Source of the DNA: Sulfurimonadaceae bacterium
GTDB taxonomy: Bacteria > Campylobacterota > Campylobacteria > Campylobacterales > Sulfurimonadaceae
Length of the DNA stretch: 36,162 nucleotides
Assembly (NCBI GenBank): GCA_041571435.1
Contig: JBFFUI010000020.1
Coordinates: 1-36,162 of the forward strand
Direction: 5' to 3'
Of the stretch, positions 29,225 to 36,162 are shown one piece after another. The translations under genes were made by a program, and so were the position numbers. How positions within the stretch are numbered: position 1 is the first letter of the stretch; each line of letters begins with the position of its first letter. The notes beneath the pieces are model-generated. The model was not told where the DNA came from. It made no database searches and saw only the letters and a program-made list of their open reading frames with translations.

Positions 29225-29548
29225 ATGGCCAAAGTACTAAAGAAAAAAGCAGTCAAAGCAGTCGCTAAAAAAGCAGCCAAAAAAGCAGCACCGAAAGGGA
29301 GTGCAAAAGAGGTCATTAAAAAAGTGAAGAAAGCGGTTATAAAGAAGGAGGCTGAAACTGAAAAAGCAATTTCTAAAATTGTAAAAAAAGTCGTTAAAAA
29401 AGTAAAAGAAGTAGAAAAAAAGATAGCTAAGAAAAAGGCTGCTAAGGCTTCGGCAAAAAAAGCAGCCAAAGCTCCGGCAAAAAAAGTCGTTAAAAAAGCA
29501 GCGCCTAAAAAGACAAGGACAAAGAAAGTCACCGCGAAAAAGAAATAA
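29225..29548 (+). CDS. Lys/Ala-rich histone H1-like basic protein
   Basis: AAGGAG RBS at 29213; 107 aa with 44 Lys counted; KKAAK/PAKK/APKK repeats; TATAAT at 29146. Confidence 0.8.
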   Translation: MAKVLKKKAVKAVAKKAAKKAAPKGSAKEVIKKVKKAVIKKEAETEKAISKIVKKVVKKVKEVEKKIAKKKAAKASAKKAAKAPAKKVVKKAAPKKTRTKKVTAKKK

Positions 29549-29553
29549 CGAGC

Positions 29554-29591
29554 GGCACTGTTACGCCGGCTGTCAATGGCAGAGCAGTGCC
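29554..29591 (+). terminator. Stem-loop after the H1-like gene
   Basis: GGCACTGTT...AGCAGTGCC inverted repeat 5 nt after the stop; no clear U-tract. Confidence 0.4.
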
Positions 29592-29686
29592 TTCAAAGCC
29601 GTTGTGCTATGGTGACACCTGCATACAACCACTCTCTCTGACACACAAGACAACTATCCCGCCGCGCTACGTTCCATCACCGTTTT

Positions 29687-29740
29687 GTAACCCAAACTTA
29701 ATATTTGAGTAATGGTTTTGAAACAAATACGCATTAGAAT
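29687..29740 (+). promoter_or_regulatory. Pho-box-like array plus -10 box
   Basis: GTAAC 29687, TTAAT 29698, GTAAT 29709, GAAAC 29720 (11-bp period), 10-nt spacer, TAGAAT 29735-29740. Confidence 0.65.
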
Positions 29741-29757
29741 TTGGCAAAAGGATGATG

Positions 29758-31023
29758 ATGAAACGTAAAAATATTCTCTTATTTGGGATGGGTGCAACGG
29801 CACTTGTAGCATTTAGCGGCTGTTATGACAAACAAAACGAGTTACATGAATCGATGGTGACATGTCCTGACAAGACACAGCTTATCAGTGATGACTTTGA
29901 GGGAAAACCGGTCTGCCAACTGCGCGGTACGTACAGTGATGATATTCATCTGACGAGTGACAAGTTTTGGGCGCTGAAGGGCGAAGTGCACATCGGTGTT
30001 GATGGTAAAGATAGTGCGGATCTTGTTATCGATCCGGGCACAACGGTCTTCGGTAAAACGGGAGCAGACTTCCTGATTGTCACACGCGGCTCAAAGATAG
30101 TGGCAGAAGGGACGTCATCGCAGCCGATCATCTTTACGTCGATGAAAGATGCAGCAGGCCTTCTCTCGGTACCGGGTGATTGGGGCGGGATTGCTATCGC
30201 CGGATATGCACCGACCAATGCCGGTAACGAGGAGCGTTTCGAGTTTTCGAACACGGACGTGAGTTTTGGCGGTGAGAACGAAGATGACAACTCCGGTATT
30301 CTGAAGTATGTCCAGATCCGTTATGCCGGCAATGAGGTACGGCCGGGCGAAGAACTCAACGGTCTGAGCCTCGGCGGTGTCGGAAGAAGAACGGTCATCG
30401 ATTATCTTGAGGTCTACAACGGTAAAGATGACGGTATCGAATCCTGGGGCGGTAATGTCAACATGAAACACCTCGTGTTGATCGGAAACGGCGATGACAA
30501 TCTCGATTTTGATCACGGTTACCGGGGGAATGTCCAGTATGTCTATATTGAACAGACTAAGATGGAATCTATCCATGCCAGAGGGATAGAGACGGACAAC
30601 AACAAAGAGTCCTACAGCGCACAGCCGCGTACAGAGGCGAACATCGCCAACCTTGAGTTTGTCGGGACAGAGAAGACCTCCGAGGCAATCTACTCACGCC
30701 GCGGTTCGGGCCTGAAACTCTCCAATGCCCTGATACGCAATGTCGGGGGTACGGGTATTGCCGTCAAGAGTGCAGGCGACGAACGCTTTTCAACACACCG
30801 TTTCAACGGGGTAAAGCTTGAACGGTGTGTGCAGGGCGATGTTGAAGATATTGCAAGCCGCAATAAAGATATTCAGACCTTTAACGCGCAATATGCCTCT
30901 TCGATCATAACCGAGGGTGAAGTCGTTGTTGAACTTGACAGCGATCGTTTTGAACACGGTGATTTTGTCGGTGCCTACCGCAAAGGATATGACTGGCGTC
31001 AAGGGTGGAGCCTGCTGAACTAG
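29758..31023 (+). CDS. GxWGG-family lipoprotein, predicted beta-helix (ElpS-like)
   Basis: Lipobox FSGC; GSKIVAEGT..QPIIFTS, GDWGGIAIAG, DNSGILKYVQIRYAG, ELNGLSLGGVG, DDGIESWGG. Three tandem ATGs (29752/55/58); the last fits the RBS spacing best. Confidence 0.8.
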   Translation: MKRKNILLFGMGATALVAFSGCYDKQNELHESMVTCPDKTQLISDDFEGKPVCQLRGTYSDDIHLTSDKFWALKGEVHIGVDGKDSADLVIDPGTTVFGKTGADFLIVTRGSKIVAEGTSSQPIIFTSMKDAAGLLSVPGDWGGIAIAGYAPTNAGNEERFEFSNTDVSFGGENEDDNSGILKYVQIRYAGNEVRPGEELNGLSLGGVGRRTVIDYLEVYNGKDDGIESWGGNVNMKHLVLIGNGDDNLDFDHGYRGNVQYVYIEQTKMESIHARGIETDNNKESYSAQPRTEANIANLEFVGTEKTSEAIYSRRGSGLKLSNALIRNVGGTGIAVKSAGDERFSTHRFNGVKLERCVQGDVEDIASRNKDIQTFNAQYASSIITEGEVVVELDSDRFEHGDFVGAYRKGYDWRQGWSLLN

Positions 31024-31052
31024 GACCCGCTTTAAAACATCCAAAAGTAATA

Positions 31053-31061
31053 TGCTATACT
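31053..31061 (+). promoter_or_regulatory. Extended -10 promoter for the hybrid kinase
   Basis: TGCTATACT (TGn-TATACT), 27 nt upstream of ATG 31089. Confidence 0.6.
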
Positions 31062-31088
31062 CTCGCATTCTACGTTTTGGAGTCCTCT

Positions 31089-33770
31089 ATGCTAGCTGAA
31101 AAGGTGCCTCATCTAGTCCGTGCCCTGCCAACACTTATAGCGGCCAAAGAGCATATTTTATCGGAATGGATGGCCTTTGATGAACCGCTTCAGGTACTTG
31201 AGGGACACGACATCAAAGCGGATTATTTTATCGACCATTTTGCCGGTGGTGTGTTTGACTACTTTATGGATGTTATCAAGGGTGTCAAAGAGATCGGCGA
31301 CTGCCCGGTTATGGCCAAACTCCTGGAGTACCTTAAAGACCGCGACATATCGGCGGATGAACTGTTTGTTATCTGCAGCCACTTTCGAAAAGCGGTACTC
31401 GACTTCTCCTATGACTCCGCACTCAACAGCAAAGCGATGTTCGATGAGGTCTCCTATGTATTCGATCTCAACTTTTCGGGTGTGCTGAAGCACTATACCG
31501 GTACCATCTACCAAAAAGAGCTTGAGATCGAACGTAATGTCAAGCTTTTGAGCGAGTACAAGAAAGCGATCGATGCCAGTGCGATCGTCTCCAAGATGGA
31601 CCCTGAAGGCAAGATCACCTTTGTCAATGACAACTTCTGTGATGTCAGCGGCTACAGCCGCAAAGAGCTCATAGGAAAACCGCACGACACGATCTTGGCG
31701 ACCGACGAAGAACAGCCTTTTTCAAAAGATTTTCTGGAGACGATCACGCCAAAAAGCACTTACAACAAGACACTGCGGAAACAGAAAAAAGATGGCAGTT
31801 TCTTTTACGTCGACAGTACGATCGTTCCTATCGTCAATACCGAGGGGGACATTGTAGAGTATATAGTGATCGGCTATGAGGTGACGACACTGATCAAAGC
31901 AAGGCAGGAAGCGGTAGAGGCAGGGATCGCCAAAGAGTACTTTCTCTCCAATATGTCACATGAGATCCGAACGCCGCTGAACGCGATCCTCGGCTTTGTC
32001 GATATTCTGCAAGATGAAGTCGATAATATTACGCACAAAAAGTATCTTGAGATCGTGCTTAACAGCGGTGAGAACCTGCTGACGATCATTAATGATATCC
32101 TGGATTTCTCCAAGCTTCGCAGCGGTGAATTTACGATCGAAAAAAGCCGTTTTAATCTTCATGAGGAGCTGACGCACACGCTGGAGCTTTTTGTCGCCAG
32201 TGCCAATGAAAAAGAGATCACAATGCTGGCCTACATTGATCCGTTGATTCCCTACGAGCTAGAGGCAGACCCGCTGCGTATCAAACAGATTATTGCCAAT
32301 TTTATCAGCAATGCTATCAAATTTACGCCATCGGGAGGGGTTGTCGAGCTTGAAGCTTTTTGCGACAAGGGGACGCTTCGTGTCAGCATAAAAGATACGG
32401 GTATAGGCCTTAAAGAAGAGGACCAAAAACGTATTTTCAACGCCTTTACACAGGCTAAAAATACGCAGACTTTTTCAGAGGGAAGCGGTCTGGGACTGGC
32501 TATCTGTAAAAAGCTGGCGGAGCATATGGGCGGGAATGTCTATGTTGAGTCCGTACTGAACGAAGGGAGTGTCTTTACCCTTGAGATCCCGGTGGTTTCG
32601 CATAATACGAAGACCTTTGAGATGTTCAATGTAGAACCGTTCAAGAAACTGACAATGGCCCTACTGTGTCAAAATGGTACAGTGTCCAAACCGCTGCTCT
32701 CACTACAGCGTTATCTCAACATCTTCAACCTGGATGTGATCATGATAGACGAACTTGAAGCAGACAGGTATGATCTTCTCTTCTTTTCCGACGCCGAGGT
32801 CAGTGAGGCACTGCGTTATGATATTGCGGCACAGATGCTCCCTTCTATCGCGATCATGGACTACTTTGACAACCGTTATGAACATGTGAAAAATATTACA
32901 CCACTCTATTTCCCTATCTACTGCTCAAAGCTATATCACACCTTGCAAAATGCCTTGAATCTCTCTAAGGAGAATGATCTACCGCTCCTTCGAAGCGCGC
33001 CTAAACAGCGCTATTTCAAGGGGAATGTCCTTGTCGCGGAAGACAACAGTGCCAACCAGGAACTGATCAAGATCATTCTGGAGCGATTCGGACTTGACTA
33101 TCAGATAGCCGCTAATGGACAGGAGGCCGTCACGCAGTTCAAGTCCGGTGTGTTCGATCTCATCTTGATGGATGAACAGATGCCTAAAAAAAAGGGTTCT
33201 CAGGCAACAGCAGAGATACGCGAATTTGAACAGCAACATGCTCTTGTTCCGGTACCGATCATTGCCTTGACAGCAAACGTGCTCAAAGGTGAAAAAGAGA
33301 AGAGCTACCAAAAAGGATTTGACGAGCTCTTAGGCAAGCCGATCAATCTCAAAGAGATGGAAGATGTTCTTAGCCATTTTCTGGAGGAGCGCGAGCGTGA
33401 TGCAGTCAATGTTCCGACGGCACCCGAAGAGGTAAAGAGTGTCATAGGTGATAACGAAAACATCAGCAGATTGGCGGCGGAGTTGATGCTTGATGAAGAG
33501 CAGGTTCTCCACCTTATGGCGGTATACAGCAAAAAAATGGATGAAAGTCTGCAGAAGCTGAAAGAGGCCGTTGCGGCACGTGACTATAAGACCATCGGCC
33601 ATGTGGCGCACTCTGTCAAAGGTTCCAGCAGCAACTTTAGAATAGAGCGTATCGTCGAGCTGGCCTATGCCATGGAAAAGGCAGCGTATGCCGAAGAGAG
33701 TACGGTCGATTTTGAAACGCTCTATGATGATATGGTAAAAGTGTACAACGGCATCATGAACCTCGGATAA
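31089..33770 (+). CDS. Cytoplasmic hybrid histidine kinase (N-terminal helical domain, PAS, HisKA, HATPase, REC, Hpt)
   Basis: FLSNMSHEIRTPLN, NAIKFT, DTGIG, GSGLGL, receiver AEDN/LMDEQMP/KP, Hpt AHSVKGSS; no TM. ATG 31089 has a GGAG RBS. Confidence 0.93.
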   Translation: MLAEKVPHLVRALPTLIAAKEHILSEWMAFDEPLQVLEGHDIKADYFIDHFAGGVFDYFMDVIKGVKEIGDCPVMAKLLEYLKDRDISADELFVICSHFRKAVLDFSYDSALNSKAMFDEVSYVFDLNFSGVLKHYTGTIYQKELEIERNVKLLSEYKKAIDASAIVSKMDPEGKITFVNDNFCDVSGYSRKELIGKPHDTILATDEEQPFSKDFLETITPKSTYNKTLRKQKKDGSFFYVDSTIVPIVNTEGDIVEYIVIGYEVTTLIKARQEAVEAGIAKEYFLSNMSHEIRTPLNAILGFVDILQDEVDNITHKKYLEIVLNSGENLLTIINDILDFSKLRSGEFTIEKSRFNLHEELTHTLELFVASANEKEITMLAYIDPLIPYELEADPLRIKQIIANFISNAIKFTPSGGVVELEAFCDKGTLRVSIKDTGIGLKEEDQKRIFNAFTQAKNTQTFSEGSGLGLAICKKLAEHMGGNVYVESVLNEGSVFTLEIPVVSHNTKTFEMFNVEPFKKLTMALLCQNGTVSKPLLSLQRYLNIFNLDVIMIDELEADRYDLLFFSDAEVSEALRYDIAAQMLPSIAIMDYFDNRYEHVKNITPLYFPIYCSKLYHTLQNALNLSKENDLPLLRSAPKQRYFKGNVLVAEDNSANQELIKIILERFGLDYQIAANGQEAVTQFKSGVFDLILMDEQMPKKKGSQATAEIREFEQQHALVPVPIIALTANVLKGEKEKSYQKGFDELLGKPINLKEMEDVLSHFLEERERDAVNVPTAPEEVKSVIGDNENISRLAAELMLDEEQVLHLMAVYSKKMDESLQKLKEAVAARDYKTIGHVAHSVKGSSSNFRIERIVELAYAMEKAAYAEESTVDFETLYDDMVKVYNGIMNLG

Positions 33771-33781
33771 GAGACGACGCT

Positions 33782-34528
33782 TTACGACTCTATATAGTAA
33801 CCGATCCCCGAAGCGTTTTTGATGACCGGTACCGGTAGCAGTTTGCGCAGGCGCCAGACTAAAGTACGGACATTGTTCTCCGTTGCCCCCTCGTTTTCCC
33901 AAACATAGTTGACCGCCTGTTCAAAACTGACGATCACGCCGAGCTGTGCGACCAGAAGACGGATAAAGGTGTTCTCTTTTTTAGTGAGTTTGAGCATCTT
34001 CCCTTCGTAAAAGACCTTGTCCAGATCGATGTCCAGGTGGTAACCGTCGCCGAAAGGGATGATCGGTTTGTCAGAGATCTTTTTGGCAAAAAGAAGCTTC
34101 TCTAAATGGTCTTTTTCCGATTTGAGGCTGTTGAGGTCTGCATCACGCTTCTTCTCCTCTTCATACTTGTAGAGCGCCATCTGGATCGTTCCGTGAAGCG
34201 ATTGCGGATCAAAAGGTTTCACAATATAGCCGTAGGGTTCACACTTTTTTGCTGATGCGATGACTTCGTTCTCAAAGTGCGACGTCAGGAAGATAAAAGG
34301 GATCGAGTGTTTGTCATGGATATAGTGGGCAAGTTCGATCCCGTCATCGAGCTCTTGCAAAGAGATGTCAAGCAGGATAAGGTCCGGTTCGTATATTTTA
34401 ATTTTATTACGGGCCTGAATTGCAGTGTCGGCCATAGAGACAATATCATATCCAAGTTTTTCTAGCGACATTTTTAAGTTCAGCGCAGTGACTTCATCAT
34501 CTTCGACGATCAATATCTTTTGACTCAC
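33782..34528 (-). CDS. Response regulator (REC + winged helix)
   Basis: IVEDD, LLDISL, PYGYIVKPF, VRTLVWRLRK, NASGIGY; convergent with the hybrid kinase. Confidence 0.93.
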   Translation of the reverse strand: MSQKILIVEDDEVTALNLKMSLEKLGYDIVSMADTAIQARNKIKIYEPDLILLDISLQELDDGIELAHYIHDKHSIPFIFLTSHFENEVIASAKKCEPYGYIVKPFDPQSLHGTIQMALYKYEEEKKRDADLNSLKSEKDHLEKLLFAKKISDKPIIPFGDGYHLDIDLDKVFYEGKMLKLTKKENTFIRLLVAQLGVIVSFEQAVNYVWENEGATENNVRTLVWRLRKLLPVPVIKNASGIGYYIES

Positions 34529-34690
34529 GATTTGCCTTATATAAGTTTATTTGATGTTAATAAAATCTGTTTTGTACAGTTTTAGCACAAGTTTGATAAA
34601 GGTGATATGAAAGGTGATTTGTTGCTATTTATAAAATGAGAGAGTGAGAAGAAAAGGGCACAGATCGTGCACAGAGAAGATGATCGCATG

Positions 34691-35368
34691 TTAGTGCATC
34701 GTATAGCCTATGCCGCGCACGGTCTTGATGTAGTCTTTTGTCTTCTCCGGATCGATCTTCTCTTTTAGGCGGTTGATGGCGACATTGACAGTACGTCCCT
34801 GGTACTGCTCGCTCTTGCCCCAGACATGTTTAAGAAGGTAGTCGCGTTTTAAGACCGTGTTCTTGCTTTCAATAAAGATGTGCAGAAGATCAAACTCCAG
34901 TTTGGTCAGTTCAACTGGCCGACTTTCGATAAAGACTTCACGGGAACGAAGATCAAGCTCGACATCGCGGAACTTGACTTTATGACTCTGCTGAGAGGCC
35001 TGTGTACGGCGCAGCACTGCTTGAATGCGGTAAAAAAGCTCCTGCATGTCGAACGGCTTGGTGATGTAATCGTCCGCGCCGCGCAAAAATCCCTCTTCAA
35101 TATGGTATCTTGTCGCTTTGGCAGAGAGGTAGATGACCGGTATCTGCATCCCCTGATCGCGGAGCATGGCGATGAACTCACTCCCTTCGATGTCGGGGAG
35201 GTTCCTGTCCATGATGATAAGGTCGATGTTCTCTTCGGCGATCGCCTGACGAACATTCTTGGTGCTCAGAAAGCCGAGGGTATCATACCCCTCTTTATTC
35301 AAGCGGTGTTCAAGTACTTCGAGAAGATCTTCTTCGTCTTCGACGATCAATATTTGTGCTGGCATCAT
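34691..35368 (-). CDS. OmpR-family response regulator, PhoB/PhosR-like
   Basis: VEDEEDLLEVLEHRL, MDRNLP, GADDYITKPF, RTVNVAINRLKEKID, TVRGIGY. Start placed at MMPAQ because AAGGGA precedes it. PhosR-likeness is by recall plus the promoter boxes. Confidence 0.9.
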   Translation of the reverse strand: MMPAQILIVEDEEDLLEVLEHRLNKEGYDTLGFLSTKNVRQAIAEENIDLIIMDRNLPDIEGSEFIAMLRDQGMQIPVIYLSAKATRYHIEEGFLRGADDYITKPFDMQELFYRIQAVLRRTQASQQSHKVKFRDVELDLRSREVFIESRPVELTKLEFDLLHIFIESKNTVLKRDYLLKHVWGKSEQYQGRTVNVAINRLKEKIDPEKTKDYIKTVRGIGYTMH

Positions 35369-35391
35369 CCGTCCCTTAGTGTGATGATAGA

Positions 35392-35455
35392 ACTTTATAC
35401 TCTTCATATAACAAAGCGGTTACAAAGTGCTCTTTATATGTAACCAAACTGTTAC
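35392..35455 (-). promoter_or_regulatory. Pho-box-like repeats plus -10 box of the regulator gene
   Basis: Minus strand: GTAAC(35455)-N6-GTTAC(35444), then GTAAC(35423)-N6-GTTAT(35412), 10-nt spacer, TAAAGT (35397-35392). Confidence 0.6.
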
Positions 35456-35551
35456 ATTACAGGTGCGAGCATGTTATGTAACACAGCTCAAGCGATCTGC
35501 ATTCGTGTTCGTTTAACAGCTTACATTATAGGGGAGTAGTTTGGAGTGTAT

Positions 35552-35605
35552 GTAACCTTTTTGTTTCACTGCGGTAGTTTTGGTGTAATAGAAGACTTTT
35601 ATAAT
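35552..35605 (+). promoter_or_regulatory. Pho-box-like array plus -10 box
   Basis: GTAAC 35552, GTTTC 35563, GTAGT 35574, GTAAT 35585 (11-bp period), 10-nt spacer, TATAAT 35600-35605. Confidence 0.7.
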
Positions 35606-35634
35606 ACGTTCAAATTACTCAAGGAGCCTTCAAA

Positions 35635-36162
35635 ATGGCAATGAATCAAAAAATCGTTTCGACGATCGCATTAAGTGGTCTTACAGCGGCATTACTTTCG
35701 TTTACTGGTTGTGGTAGTTCGTCTTCTTCATCTACTGGCGGTACAGCAGCTCGCTGTGACAGCTCGTTCGAAGTTCTACCGTCAATTATTTCAACTAATA
35801 TGGAGTTGAATGCGAGTATGACGTATGGTATGTTAGGTAAAGTCAAAGTCACTGACGGGGCTGTCTTGACAATCCCAGCTGGAACAACAATCGCAGGATG
35901 TACACAATCATCATTCATGGTCATCGATGCAGGTTCACAGATCGATGCGAACGGTACACAAGCTGCACCGATTGTCTTCACATCACAAAAAGACGTATTG
36001 GGACAGTCAACGTCAAACGCGGCCGGCGAGTGGGGCGGTCTTGTCCTAGCAGGTAATGCCTATACACACTACGGTGTTGCACTATACGAAGCAGATGAAA
36101 CAGTAGCGTTCGGTTGTGATGATGTCACTGTTCCATGTCAAAATACCCAGTCATCAGGTAGC
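35635..36162 (+). CDS. Second GxWGG-family lipoprotein, partial (runs off the window end; not in ORF track)
   Basis: AAGGAG RBS; MAMNQKIVSTIALSGLTAALLSFTGC lipobox, Ser linker, LTIPAGTTI, GSQIDANGT..APIVFTSQKD, GEWGGLVLAGNA; paralogous to 29758-31023. Confidence 0.88.
   Translation, partial: MAMNQKIVSTIALSGLTAALLSFTGCGSSSSSSTGGTAARCDSSFEVLPSIISTNMELNASMTYGMLGKVKVTDGAVLTIPAGTTIAGCTQSSFMVIDAGSQIDANGTQAAPIVFTSQKDVLGQSTSNAAGEWGGLVLAGNAYTHYGVALYEADETVAFGCDDVTVPCQNTQSSGS

Noticed and set aside
29209-29532. Hydrophobic 107-aa ORF on the minus strand that looks like a membrane protein
   Set aside because: Mirror of the AAA/GCA-rich H1-like gene, which has the RBS and promoter.
31005-31088. Longer start for the hybrid kinase
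   Set aside because: Overlaps the upstream gene and spans the extended -10 box; ATG 31089 has an RBS.
35369-35407. Longer start (MKSIKF...) for the OmpR regulator
   Set aside because: Overlaps the predicted -10 box and repeats; RBS spacing favours 35368.
35646-35981. 111-aa minus-strand ORF at the window end
   Set aside because: Antisense to the lipoprotein gene starting at 35635.

Overview
Core-genome window from a sulfur-oxidising Campylobacterota bacterium (Sulfurimonas/Sulfuricurvum/Sulfurovum-like; lineage inferred from gene content and synteny). In order it holds: a minus-strand housekeeping block (gyrA-asd-yqhA-hemE-radical SAM); an ammonium locus amt-PII-amt interleaved with short REP-like hairpin repeats and a 162-bp MITE-like element; a long plus-strand run (tonB, PMM/PGM, pyrC, OmpR-type two-component pair, exbB, exbD, PAS-GGDEF-EAL, START, NUDIX); pepN; a type IV sulfide:quinone oxidoreductase followed by a 54-aa ORF missing from the ORF track and a catalytically degenerate, membrane-anchored deformylase-like protein with a CxxC; a metal permease, DoxX and a 41%-Lys histone-H1-like protein; and a signalling block. 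The most striking pattern is in that last block: two paralogous GxWGG lipoprotein genes and a PhoB/PhosR-like regulator gene each carry 11-bp-phased GT(A/T)A(C/T)-type pentamer repeats ending exactly 10 nt before a TAnnnT -10 box, which looks like a Pho-type regulon. No rRNA, tRNA, CRISPR array, transposase or prophage was recognised. All family assignments come from motif recognition by eye; no database search was run.
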